DNA from: Rubrobacter sp.
GTDB lineage: Bacteria; Actinomycetota; Rubrobacteria; Rubrobacterales; Rubrobacteraceae
Assembly (NCBI GenBank): GCA_035936475.1
Contig: DASYWA010000084.1
Coordinates: 22,930-86,929, forward strand
Direction: 5' to 3'
Length of the DNA stretch: 64,000 bases
Part shown: piece after piece, positions 28,251 to 37,318 of the stretch
Layout of the letters: every line of letters starts with the position of its first letter
How positions within the stretch are numbered: the first letter of the stretch is position 1
Position numbers and translations under genes: made by a program
Notes under the pieces: model-generated
Databases searched by the model: none
Seen by the model: the letters and a program-made list of their open reading frames with translations, nothing else
Told to the model about the DNA's origin: nothing

Positions 28251-28994
28251 CTACCGGGGAGGGAGCGTGCCCCCGCTGTCGAAGAGGCCGCCGGAATCGC
28301 CGCCGGAACCCCCGCCGGAACCGCCGCCGGCTCCTCCGCCTCCCGTACCCCCGCCGCCCCCACCAGAACCTCCCCCGTCTCCACCGGCACCTCCGCCGCC
28401 GCCCTGCTTGCCGTCGGGCACGCCGTCGCCGTCGGAGTCGTCTTCCGCGTCTCCGATGCCGTCCCCGTCGGTGTCGGGGTTGCGCGGATCGAGGCCGAAG
28501 CTCTCCTCCTGGCGGGTGGTGAGCCCGTCGCCGTCGGAGTCGTTCCTCGACGTGTTGCCCCCGCCGCCCTGGCCGTTGCCCTGGCCGCCGTCGTCAGCGG
28601 TCGTGTCCTCTGGCGGGGCGGACGCGGGCGTGGTTGTGCCGTCGGCGGGCGCGGAACCGGAGGTATCCTCGGAGGTATCTTGGGAGGTATCCTCGGACGC
28701 CGGGGCGAGGAGTTGGCGGAACGGGTCCTTATTGCGGTAGGCAGCGTAGGAGTCGGCGTCGCGGTCCTCGACCTCGGGGGCGTCCGCCCCGTCGGCCGCC
28801 GGGTCCCTGGATTGGACGAGCTCGGCCGTACCGGAGGAGGGTCCTTCCTCGTCCGGGCCGGAGACAAAAGCCCCCGCCGCGACCCAGGCGAACAGGAGGA
28901 GGGCGAGCAGGGCCAGGACCGGCGGCAGGACCTTGTTGTCCCGGACGAGGGCGTCGAACAGGCCGCGCCAGAAATCCGCCAGACGGCGCACCAC
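28251..28994 (-). CDS. Membrane-anchored PilP-position protein with DxDGDG (TSP3-like) Ca-binding repeats and Gly-rich tail
   Basis: N-terminal TM; YRNKDPF; DSDGDG/DTDGDG/DSDGDG; directly after pilO. Confidence 0.75.
   Translation of the reverse strand: MVRRLADFWRGLFDALVRDNKVLPPVLALLALLLFAWVAAGAFVSGPDEEGPSSGTAELVQSRDPAADGADAPEVEDRDADSYAAYRNKDPFRQLLAPASEDTSQDTSEDTSGSAPADGTTTPASAPPEDTTADDGGQGNGQGGGGNTSRNDSDGDGLTTRQEESFGLDPRNPDTDGDGIGDAEDDSDGDGVPDGKQGGGGGAGGDGGGSGGGGGGTGGGGAGGGSGGGSGGDSGGLFDSGGTLPPR
28660..28695. repeat. 12-bp tandem repeat x3 (encodes [12 protein letters not shown]-type linker)
   Basis: GAGGTATCCTCG GAGGTATCTTGG GAGGTATCCTCG. Confidence 0.85.
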
Positions 28995-28995
28995 G

Positions 28996-29658
28996 CTACT
29001 CGCCCTCCGGCGGGCCGGCGGTGGTCTCCACCTCGGGGCCGGCGGTGGTCTCGGTTGGGGCCGGCGCCACGGGCGCGACCCCCTCGGGGACGTCCGTGGG
29101 CTGGTAGTAGACCTCGGCCTCTATCTCCACCGCAAGCTTCTGTTCGACATCGGGTGCCGCGGTAGTGCCCTCCTCCGCGACCTCGTAGGCCACGCCGTTT
29201 ACGGTCATCAGCCGGACCAGGTCGTCGGCCAGCAGCAGGAACTCGAGCAGCTCCTCGTAGGTGCCCTCGAAGGACATTGTAATCGGCTGGACCATGAAGT
29301 CGCCACCGCCCTCCGGCGGGGCGGGGTCGCCGCGGACGACCTGGGTCTGGGTCACCCCCGCCTCCTGCGCGATGTCCTCTATCTGAACCACGAGCGTCTC
29401 GACCTCGGGCTGGGTCGGGATGCGCTTGTTAAGCTCCAGCAACTGGCGCTGGAGCTCAGGGGAGTTCCGCCGCACCTCCTCGAGGCGGGCCACCTCGGCC
29501 TGAAGCTCGGCGAGGGTGGCCTGCCGCTCGTCGCGGGCGGCGGCCTGCTCGTCGAGGCTCGACAGCAGGGGCCCGAGGAGCAGGAAGTAGAACGCGACGA
29601 CGAGCACCACGAGACCCAGGACTCCGAGCAGGATCGCGTTCCGGTTCCGGTCTCCCAT
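28996..29658 (-). CDS. pilO: Type IV pilus assembly protein PilO
   Basis: TM + coiled coil, RIP..PE...L..I, PI.MSFEG.Y..L..FL. Confidence 0.85.
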   Translation of the reverse strand: MGDRNRNAILLGVLGLVVLVVAFYFLLLGPLLSSLDEQAAARDERQATLAELQAEVARLEEVRRNSPELQRQLLELNKRIPTQPEVETLVVQIEDIAQEAGVTQTQVVRGDPAPPEGGGDFMVQPITMSFEGTYEELLEFLLLADDLVRLMTVNGVAYEVAEEGTTAAPDVEQKLAVEIEAEVYYQPTDVPEGVAPVAPAPTETTAGPEVETTAGPPEGE

Positions 29659-30410
29659 CAGGGACGCGCCCCCGCGCCGTCGTACTGGTCCGCGGCGACG
29701 GACCCCGAGCTCGCGACCGCCCGCAACGCCTCGCCGCCGCCGTCCTCCCCGGCGGCGGCCTCGGACGGGTCCCCGCCCTCGATGCGGACCTCCGTGCCCT
29801 TCTCGCCGGAGACGGTCAGGAGCTCGGAGGCGACCTCGAACTCTATCGCGGGCTCGACGAACGACTCCCGGTCGAGCTCGGCGGAGTTGAGCTGGGCGTT
29901 GGAGAGGTGCTCCAGGTTGTTCATCCTGACCACGAAGTCCGCGACGTTCTGGTACCCGGGGAGGGCCACCCCCGTGAACGTGACGGCCCCGGGCGGGTCG
30001 AGGGGCTGCTCGGCGGGGGCCTCGACGTCAACGGGGGCTGCCTCGCCGGTGAGGGTCTGGAGGGCGGTAGTCTCAGGCACCACGAACGCGAGGCCCTGCA
30101 AAAAGTCGTCCCACGGGAAGCGCGTCCTGAAGATGCCGTCCGCCACGGGCTTCTTCTCCTCCAGGCGCGCCTGGAGGTCCCTGAACGGGGAGAGCTCCTG
30201 CAGGCGGGCGTTCTGCTGCGAGATCTGCCCGTCGAGCTCCGCGACTTCTTCTTCCAGGCCGTTAAGCCTGAGGAGAAAGACGAGGTACACCACGGCGAGC
30301 GCGACGAGCAGCGCCGCGCCGACGACGAGGAACAGTCCCACGAGACCGCCGGGCAGCCCCTCGGTACGGGACCCGCGGTCCTCCGGCGGGAGGAGGTTTA
30401 CGCGCCTCAC
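29658..30410 (-). CDS. pilN: Type IV pilus assembly protein PilN
   Basis: VNLLP PilM-binding motif, TM, coiled coil, F.G.A. Confidence 0.88.
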   Translation of the reverse strand: MRRVNLLPPEDRGSRTEGLPGGLVGLFLVVGAALLVALAVVYLVFLLRLNGLEEEVAELDGQISQQNARLQELSPFRDLQARLEEKKPVADGIFRTRFPWDDFLQGLAFVVPETTALQTLTGEAAPVDVEAPAEQPLDPPGAVTFTGVALPGYQNVADFVVRMNNLEHLSNAQLNSAELDRESFVEPAIEFEVASELLTVSGEKGTEVRIEGGDPSEAAAGEDGGGEALRAVASSGSVAADQYDGAGARP

Positions 30411-31519
30411 GCCTCCTCCATCGCCAATCCCAGCGCGACGGCGAGGACCGGCTCCATCGCGCGAAGCTGCTCGTCGGAGATGTTGGAGCGGTTGGCGGCG
30501 AGCTTCTCTGCGGGCCTGGCGTTCTCGGCGGGTAGGCCGAGCAACTCCCCGAGGTGGGCGGCGAGGCCGGAGATGAGCGCCCCCTCCCCGGAGAGCAGGA
30601 GGCGGGTGACCTCGCGCGCGTACGGCTGGGCGTGGTGGTATTCGACGGAACCGCGCACCTCCTCTGCGAGATCCCCGGCCGCCTCCTCGAGGCCCCGCCG
30701 GGCGTCGTAGGCGAGCGCCGGGTCCCAGTCTGCGTCTTCACCGCCCGCTCCCTCATCCTCGTCGCCGAGGCCGGTTCTCGGGTCGAGGGCCCGCTTCTCG
30801 GCCTCGTCGTCGGGCAGGTCGGAGGCCCGCGCCACGGCGTCCACGAAGTTCGAGAAGCCCAAGGGGACGAAGCGCGTCAGGGTGGGCACGTCGCCCTCGG
30901 CGACCACGAGGTTGGAGAGCTCGGGGCCGACGTCGAGCAGCACGGCCGCCCCTTCGTCACCGAAGAAGTCGTCCGGCAGCGCGGAGCGGGTGAGCGCCAG
31001 CGCCTTGACGTCCACGCCCACCGACCGCAGCCCGCCGGCCCGGACGGCTGAGGTGTAGCGCTGCACCATCTCCCTCTGCGCGGCCACGACGAGGACGCGG
31101 TCCCCCTCCCCCGCCTCGCCGCGCGGCCCGAGCACGACGTGGTCGAGGACGCTCTCGCTGAGGGGCATGGGTATGTGCTCCTGGGCCTCGTAGCCGACCG
31201 CGCCCCGCAGATCCTCGGGGGCCATGGGCGGGAACTCGAGCACGCGGGCCACGACGTTGCGGTTGGCGATGCCGAGGAAGACGGCCTTCTTCCCGAACGC
31301 GTGGGCGTCCCAGAACTCGCCTATCTCCTCGGCCAGCAGGTCCCCGTCCGCGATCTCCCCGTCCACGATGGTGCCTGGGGGCAGCCTATGGTAGCCGACG
31401 TGCCTGAGGGTGTACTCGCCCCCCCTGAAGGTCACCTCCACGGCCTTGATGGCGCCCCTGTCGATGTCCATGCCTATAGAGGTAGTCCCGAGCCGCGCCG
31501 CCTTCCTCAAACGCTCCAC
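30407..31519 (-). CDS. pilM: Type IV pilus assembly protein PilM
   Basis: IGMDID, actin-like fold, LLDVG, LLSGEGA, AVALGLA. Confidence 0.92.
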   Translation of the reverse strand: MERLRKAARLGTTSIGMDIDRGAIKAVEVTFRGGEYTLRHVGYHRLPPGTIVDGEIADGDLLAEEIGEFWDAHAFGKKAVFLGIANRNVVARVLEFPPMAPEDLRGAVGYEAQEHIPMPLSESVLDHVVLGPRGEAGEGDRVLVVAAQREMVQRYTSAVRAGGLRSVGVDVKALALTRSALPDDFFGDEGAAVLLDVGPELSNLVVAEGDVPTLTRFVPLGFSNFVDAVARASDLPDDEAEKRALDPRTGLGDEDEGAGGEDADWDPALAYDARRGLEEAAGDLAEEVRGSVEYHHAQPYAREVTRLLLSGEGALISGLAAHLGELLGLPAENARPAEKLAANRSNISDEQLRAMEPVLAVALGLAMEEA

Positions 31520-31613
31520 GCCGCTCAGAGCCCCTTACCAGCCGGGTTGGAATCGGGGTCCGGTCGGAGGCCGGACGGGCGGCCCGCCGTCGGGACGGAA
31601 GGCTGCGGTCGCC

Positions 31614-32201
31614 TCAACCGCCCCCCCTGGCGACGTGCCGCGCCGCCTCGACCTCGACCTCCGCCCCGACCTCGGCCTTGCGCCCGATGCTCGCGTTCGC
31701 CCCGAGCACGGCCCGCGCCCCGACCTTGGCGCCCGGCCCGACCACCGCGCCGGCCGAGATCCAAACCCCCGCCCCGACCTCGGCGTCGCGGTCCACCACC
31801 GCCCCCGGACCGACAAAGCAGTGGCTGCCCACCGAAGCGTCCGGGTGCACCACGGCACCCGCCGCCAGCACGGAGCCGTCGCCTACGACGGCGGCGTCCG
31901 AGACGTGGGCGAGCGGGTGGACCGGCGTAAAGAACTCGCCGCCCAACCGCCGCAAAGTGTTGGCGATGCGCAACCGCGCCTCGTTGTCGGTGATCGCCAC
32001 GACCACGTGCGCGGGCTCCACGGAGAGCATGCTCTTCAACATCTCGACGTCCCCGAGGACCGGGTAGCCCCGGATCCTCCCCGGCAACACGGCGTGCGCG
32101 TCGTCGTAGAAGCCGAGGGTCCGGTCCCCGAAACCCCCGCTCAACAGAACGTCCAGCGCCACGCGCCCGAAGCCGCCGGCCCCCACGATAACTACCCTCA
32201 T
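31614..32201 (-). CDS. NeuD/PglD-family sugar O/N-acetyltransferase
   Basis: VIVGAGG.GR, VAI.DN..R, VHP.A.VS, hexapeptide repeats. Confidence 0.85.
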   Translation of the reverse strand: MRVVIVGAGGFGRVALDVLLSGGFGDRTLGFYDDAHAVLPGRIRGYPVLGDVEMLKSMLSVEPAHVVVAITDNEARLRIANTLRRLGGEFFTPVHPLAHVSDAAVVGDGSVLAAGAVVHPDASVGSHCFVGPGAVVDRDAEVGAGVWISAGAVVGPGAKVGARAVLGANASIGRKAEVGAEVEVEAARHVARGGG

Positions 32202-32401
32202 CTCTTCATCGAGGGCTATTCGCTGTACTTCGACCTCTGGTTCAGGTACTCGCGTGGTGGTTTCGGGCTCCCGGATCTCGGCCTCCTCCCCGCGGTATGG
32301 GCCCGACGTAACGGCCGAAGTTTAGCACCGCCGCTAACATCTTGCTCCGATCCCGACATCCGCGCGGGCCGCGCCGGACGCCGACCGGGTCACGCCCCGC
32401 C

Positions 32402-33322
32402 CTACCTCCCGAAGGCCCCCGTTAGCCGTCGGCCGAGCAGGAAATCCCGCGCCGACACGCGCCTACCCCCCGGGGCCTGCAACTCCAGCACCTCGAGAGC
32501 CCCCACCCCGCATCGTACGCATATACGCCCATCCGCGGCCGAAATGGCGCCGGGAGGACCGCCCGATGCGGCCTCGTCCACGACCCTCGTGCACCAGATC
32601 TTGACCGGGCCGTCGAAACCGGCGTGGAAGGTGCGCGCCCCGATCCCGGGCGCCAACGCCCGGACGAGATCGTGCACACCCCTAACCTTATCCTCCCACC
32701 AGATAACCTTATCCTCATCCAGAAGTTTAGATGCATATGTTGCATTAAGACTGTCCTGCTCGGAGACGGTTAGCCTTCCTCCCTCGAGCAGACTGAGAGC
32801 CTCTACTATAGCGTTAGATCCGATCCGGGCGAGGAGCTCGGTCAGTTCGCCGCCGGTCGTGTCGGGCGTTATGGCCGTGGGTCTCTGGAGGGCGATGGGG
32901 CCGGTGTCGAGTCCCTCGTCCATCCGCATGATGGTGACGCCCGTCTCCCTCTCGCCCTCCATGATGGCGCGTTCTACGGGGGCGGCGCCGCGGTATTTGG
33001 GGAGAAGGGAGGCGTGGACGTTCCAGGCGCCGTGGGGTGCGGCGTAGAGGGAGTCGGGGCGCAGGATCTGGCCGAAGGCTGCGACCACGAGGGCGTCGTT
33101 AGCGGCGATCCTGGGCGCCAGCTCGCCTATGCGGGTCGGTTGGGCGAGGGGCACGCCTTCGGAGCGGGCGAGGGCGGAGACCGGGGTCGGGGTGGTCTTG
33201 CGGCCCCGTCCTCGGCGGCGGTCGGGCTGGGAGATCACCAGCCCGACCTCGTGGTCGGAGGCGAGGAGGCCGCGGAGGATCGTCGCGGCGAACTCGGGGG
33301 TCCCGGCGAACGCTACCCTCAA
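32402..33322 (-). CDS. fmt: Methionyl-tRNA formyltransferase
   Basis: FAGTPEFA, NVHASLLPKYRGAAP, GVTIM.MD.GLDTG. Confidence 0.97.
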   Translation of the reverse strand: MRVAFAGTPEFAATILRGLLASDHEVGLVISQPDRRRGRGRKTTPTPVSALARSEGVPLAQPTRIGELAPRIAANDALVVAAFGQILRPDSLYAAPHGAWNVHASLLPKYRGAAPVERAIMEGERETGVTIMRMDEGLDTGPIALQRPTAITPDTTGGELTELLARIGSNAIVEALSLLEGGRLTVSEQDSLNATYASKLLDEDKVIWWEDKVRGVHDLVRALAPGIGARTFHAGFDGPVKIWCTRVVDEAASGGPPGAISAADGRICVRCGVGALEVLELQAPGGRRVSARDFLLGRRLTGAFGR

Positions 33323-33332
33323 GGGCGGGGCT

Positions 33333-33839
33333 TCAGGCGTTCTGGGCGAGCAGGCGCTCGCGCCACTCGCGCAGGGCTGCCTTGCGCGACTCCCGGTCCG
33401 TGCGGTCCAGGATGAGTACGCCGTCGAGGTGGTCCACCTCGTGCTGGAAGATCCTCGCCAGGAGGCCTTGGGCCTCTATGCGCAGGTCCTCGCCTGCGGC
33501 GTCCTTGCCGGTCACGGTGACCGCCACGGGCCGCTCCACCTCGACCTGGATGCCGGGTATCGAGAGGCAGCCTTCGGCCAGGGTCTCGGTCTCGTCGGAG
33601 CGGGCTTCGATCACGGGGTTGACGACGACGTACTCGTCTTCTTCGAGCGCGGCGACGAGCACGCGCCTCAGGCGCCCCACCTGGTTCGCCGCGAGGCCCA
33701 CCCCCTCGCGCTCGTGCATCGTGAGGAGCATATCTTCGGTGAGCCGGATCAGGGCGTCGTCGAACTCCTTTACCTTGCCCGCCCGCGTCTTGAGCACCGG
33801 GTCTCCGAACGTCTTGACTTCCAGCGCCACTGCGCTCAT
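33333..33839 (-). CDS. def: Peptide deformylase
   Basis: GVGLAANQVG, EGCLS, QHEVDHL. Confidence 0.97.
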   Translation of the reverse strand: MSAVALEVKTFGDPVLKTRAGKVKEFDDALIRLTEDMLLTMHEREGVGLAANQVGRLRRVLVAALEEDEYVVVNPVIEARSDETETLAEGCLSIPGIQVEVERPVAVTVTGKDAAGEDLRIEAQGLLARIFQHEVDHLDGVLILDRTDRESRKAALREWRERLLAQNA

Positions 33840-36022
33840 ACCTCCTCGGGGTCAACCATAATGCGTGCCTCCAACCCGCGCGTTCCCGCGGCCAACCGGG
33901 CGGCCCATCCCGCGGCCCTGGCGACGGCCCGGCGCTCGCGCGACCGAAGCAGTACCTTCCACGAGGGCGGCCCGCCGGGGCGGGCGACGGGCACGGGCTC
34001 CGACACCCGCACGCCCGGTCCAAGGACCGCACGCAACCGCGATTCTACCGCAACAAAGACCGTCTCCCTACGGCCCGAGAGCACCACGCAGGCCAGGTGG
34101 CCGAAGGGCGGGTAGCCGGCGGCGCGGAGCCTGGGCGCCTCGGCGGCGACGAAGGACTCGTAGTCGCCGCGGGCCGCCGTTCGTAGCACGTAATGCTCGG
34201 GCGCGTGGGTCTGGATCAGGAGCAACCCGCGCGCCGACTCGGCGGCCCGGTAGACGAGACGGAAGGAGCGCTCGGCGGCCCCGAGGCCGCCGCCCTGAAG
34301 CGCCGCGTCCACGTCGGGGAGCAGGACGGCGTCCCACGCCTCCTGCAGCACGCACCGGGCGGTCCCCACGACCACCGCTGCCTCCTCCAGCTCGCGCCGG
34401 CCGGCCGTCACGAGGCCGACCGGCTCCCCGCCGAGGTAGGACGAGAGGTCCGCGCGCACCTTCTCCACGGCGACGCCGGTGAGGCTCAGGCGGTCCGAGA
34501 GGCATTCCGGGCAGCGGGCATCGCGCGCCTCCCGACGCCCGCACCCGGAACAGATCAGCGTTCTATCGTGGACCGCGAGCGGCAGGTCGCAGTCGGGACA
34601 GCGCCGGACGGCCCCGCAGCGGTTGCAGGAGACGGCGGAGGCGTAACCGAGCCGGTCGACGACCACGCCCACCCGCCCGCCGTCGTCCGCGAGCCGCCGG
34701 CAGCTCTCAAGCAGGGTGGAACTCAGGACGAGGCCCGAGCCCCGCGTGTCCACGATGCGAACCGCCGGCCACTGCGTCGCCTGCCGCGCTGGCAGCTCCC
34801 TCACGCCGGCCCGGCGGGGGGCGGCAAAGAGGCGCAGGGACGGCGTCGGGGAGAGGAGGACCGCGGCCGCGCCCTCAGCCCGGCCCCTGGCGATGGCGAC
34901 GTCCCTGGCGTGGATGGGGACGCCCTCGTAGCCGGGTTCGGCACGGTGGGACTCGTCGTGCTCGTCCACGACGCAGAAGGCCCCCGGGCGGGCCAGCGGC
35001 AGCAGGGCCGCCGCGCGGGTGCCGACGAGCACGTCGGCCTCTCCCCGGCGGGCCGCCCCGCAGACCGCGGCCCTGTCCCTCCCGAGCCCGCTGTGGTACG
35101 CGGCGACGACGTGCCCCCGGGGCAGTACGCGGCTGAGGTGTCGGGCCAGGCGCTCCACCGTCTCTATCTCGGGGGCCAGGATCAGGGCCTGCTCCCCCTC
35201 CTCGACGACGGCCCGCGCGACGGCGGCGACGGCCTCTGCCTGATCCTTCGTCGGTACCCGCCACGCGAAGGCGCCGCCGCGGCCGACCGCCTTGGAGGCG
35301 TCCGGATCGAATGGGCCCTTCTCGGGCCCCCCGGCCGTCGGAAGAAGCGGGGCCGGTTCGGGCCTGCGGACGAGCCTGACGGCCCCCCTCCGGACGAGCT
35401 CGCGCAGCGCGGCCCGACCCGCTCCGGCTTCTTCGAGGAGCGTCGCCGCCGGCAGGGCGCCGCCGCGCTTCCTCAGAAGTTCGAAAAGCTCGCGCTGGCG
35501 GGGGGCGCGCGCGAGGTCGGGCTCGGCCGCCCCCCTCACCACCGCCCACTCGACGGCCTTGCGGGGCGGAGGGGCCGGCGAGAGACGAACCCTCCCCCCC
35601 TCCTCCGCCTCCCTGAGCCCGTCGGGCCCGAGCGCTCCTTTCAGCGCGGCGCGGGAGACGGCTTCTCCTTCGGCCCAGGGCCAGCCCTCGCCCGGGCGGG
35701 CCACCACGAAGCGGCCGGTGTCGATGCCGGGCGGGAGCGCGGCCCGCAGGACGGTGGGCAGGGGGACCGCGGCGGCCTCTCCCACCCACCGGCACACCTC
35801 CAGGAGGTCGGGCGAGACGGAGAGCCCGTCCGCCACGGAGAAGAGCTCCTCCAGCTCCCGGTCGGGCTCCGCCTCCTCGCCGAGCACCACCCCGAGGCGG
35901 GAACGGCCCGAGAGCGGGGCGACGACCACGGACCCGGCGGAGATCCTCCCTCGCAGGTGGGCGGGGACCCGGTAGCTGAGAGGCGGCAGGGCGTGCGTGG
36001 GGATCAGGAGGCAGACCTTCAC
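33836..36022 (-). CDS. priA: Primosomal protein N' (PriA) with degenerate helicase motifs
   Basis: SYRVP N-terminus, HARDVA, four CxxC motifs, GYPPF; position between metK and def. Confidence 0.88.
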   Translation of the reverse strand: MKVCLLIPTHALPPLSYRVPAHLRGRISAGSVVVAPLSGRSRLGVVLGEEAEPDRELEELFSVADGLSVSPDLLEVCRWVGEAAAVPLPTVLRAALPPGIDTGRFVVARPGEGWPWAEGEAVSRAALKGALGPDGLREAEEGGRVRLSPAPPPRKAVEWAVVRGAAEPDLARAPRQRELFELLRKRGGALPAATLLEEAGAGRAALRELVRRGAVRLVRRPEPAPLLPTAGGPEKGPFDPDASKAVGRGGAFAWRVPTKDQAEAVAAVARAVVEEGEQALILAPEIETVERLARHLSRVLPRGHVVAAYHSGLGRDRAAVCGAARRGEADVLVGTRAAALLPLARPGAFCVVDEHDESHRAEPGYEGVPIHARDVAIARGRAEGAAAVLLSPTPSLRLFAAPRRAGVRELPARQATQWPAVRIVDTRGSGLVLSSTLLESCRRLADDGGRVGVVVDRLGYASAVSCNRCGAVRRCPDCDLPLAVHDRTLICSGCGRREARDARCPECLSDRLSLTGVAVEKVRADLSSYLGGEPVGLVTAGRRELEEAAVVVGTARCVLQEAWDAVLLPDVDAALQGGGLGAAERSFRLVYRAAESARGLLLIQTHAPEHYVLRTAARGDYESFVAAEAPRLRAAGYPPFGHLACVVLSGRRETVFVAVESRLRAVLGPGVRVSEPVPVARPGGPPSWKVLLRSRERRAVARAAGWAARLAAGTRGLEARIMVDPEEV

Positions 36023-36076
36023 GTTCGCGTACCCGCGGGCGGCAGACCCCGCCCGATGCCCGGTTGCGCGGACCAA

Positions 36077-37315
36077 TTACAGGCCGGCGGAGCGGCGCAG
36101 GTCGTCGGCGCGGGTGGTCTCTTCCCAGGTGAAGCCGGCCTCGCGGCGGCCGAAGTGGCCGTAGGCGGCCGTCTGGGCGAAGACCGGGTTGCGGAGCTCC
36201 AGGTCGCGGATGATCGCGCCGGGCCTCAGGTCGAAGTGCTCCATAACGAGGGTGCCGAGCGTGGCCGGGTCGACCCTGGCCGTCCCGAAGGTCTCGACCA
36301 TCACGCTCACGGGCCTCGCCACCCCGATGGCGTAGGCGACCTGCACCATGCAGCGCCCCGCGATGCCCGCGGCGACGAGGTTCTTCGCGACCCAGCGGGC
36401 AGCGTAGGAGGCCGAGCGGTCCACCTTCGTCGCGTCCTTGCCCGAGAAGGCGCCGCCGCCGTGCGGGGCCGATCCGCCGTAGGTGTCCACTATGATTTTG
36501 CGCCCGGTGAGGCCCGTGTCGCCCTGCGGCCCCCCCGTGACGAAGCGGCCGGTCGGGTTCACCAGGATCTCCGCCGAGCCCTCGTCGAAGAACGGCTCCG
36601 GCATGACGGGGCGGATGACCGTCTCGATCAGGTCGTCCTTTATGTGGCCCTCCACGCCCTCGCGGTGCTGGGCGGAGACGAGGACCTTCTCGATGCCGAC
36701 CGGGGTGTCCCCCTCGTAGCGCACCGTGACCTGGCTCTTGCCGTCGGGCCTGAGGTAGTCGAGCTTGCCCGTCTTGCGCACCTCCGCGAGGCGACGGGTG
36801 AGGGCGTGGGCCAGCGTTATGGGCAGCGGCATCAGCTCGGGGGTCTCCTCGCAGGCGTAGCCGAACATCATGCCCTGATCTCCGGCCCCGATCTCGTCGA
36901 TGGCCGCATCGTCGTCCCTGACCTCGAGCGCCCGGTCCACCCCTTGGGCTATGTCCGCGGACTGGGGGTCTATGGTCGTTATGACGCCGCAGGTCTCCGC
37001 GTCGAAGCCGAACTTGGCGCGCGTGTAGCCGATATCGGCTATCTTCTGGCGCACGAGCGTCGGGATGTCCACGTACGTGCTCGTCGTGATCTCGCCGGCC
37101 ACCACCACGAGGCCGGTGGTCACGAGCGTCTCGCAGGCCACCCGGCTGGCGGGGTCGTCGGCGAGCGCCGCGTCGAGGATGGCGTCGGAGACCTGATCGG
37201 CTATCTTGTCCGGGTGCCCCTCGGTTACGGACTCGGAGGTGAACAGGTGGGAGGCTTTGAGCCGCTGGTCGTCCGCCACGTTCAGGGTGGTCGTTCCGGC
37301 TGTTCGCTCCGCCAT
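36077..37315 (-). CDS. metK: S-adenosylmethionine synthetase
   Basis: [28 protein letters not shown]. Confidence 0.98.
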   Translation of the reverse strand: MAERTAGTTTLNVADDQRLKASHLFTSESVTEGHPDKIADQVSDAILDAALADDPASRVACETLVTTGLVVVAGEITTSTYVDIPTLVRQKIADIGYTRAKFGFDAETCGVITTIDPQSADIAQGVDRALEVRDDDAAIDEIGAGDQGMMFGYACEETPELMPLPITLAHALTRRLAEVRKTGKLDYLRPDGKSQVTVRYEGDTPVGIEKVLVSAQHREGVEGHIKDDLIETVIRPVMPEPFFDEGSAEILVNPTGRFVTGGPQGDTGLTGRKIIVDTYGGSAPHGGGAFSGKDATKVDRSASYAARWVAKNLVAAGIAGRCMVQVAYAIGVARPVSVMVETFGTARVDPATLGTLVMEHFDLRPGAIIRDLELRNPVFAQTAAYGHFGRREAGFTWEETTRADDLRRSAGL

Positions 37316-37318
37316 GCT

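Noticed and set aside
28270-28400. CCG/GGC-rich repeats suggesting an array
   Set aside because: Simply encode the poly-Gly tail of the PilP-position protein; no spacer structure, not CRISPR
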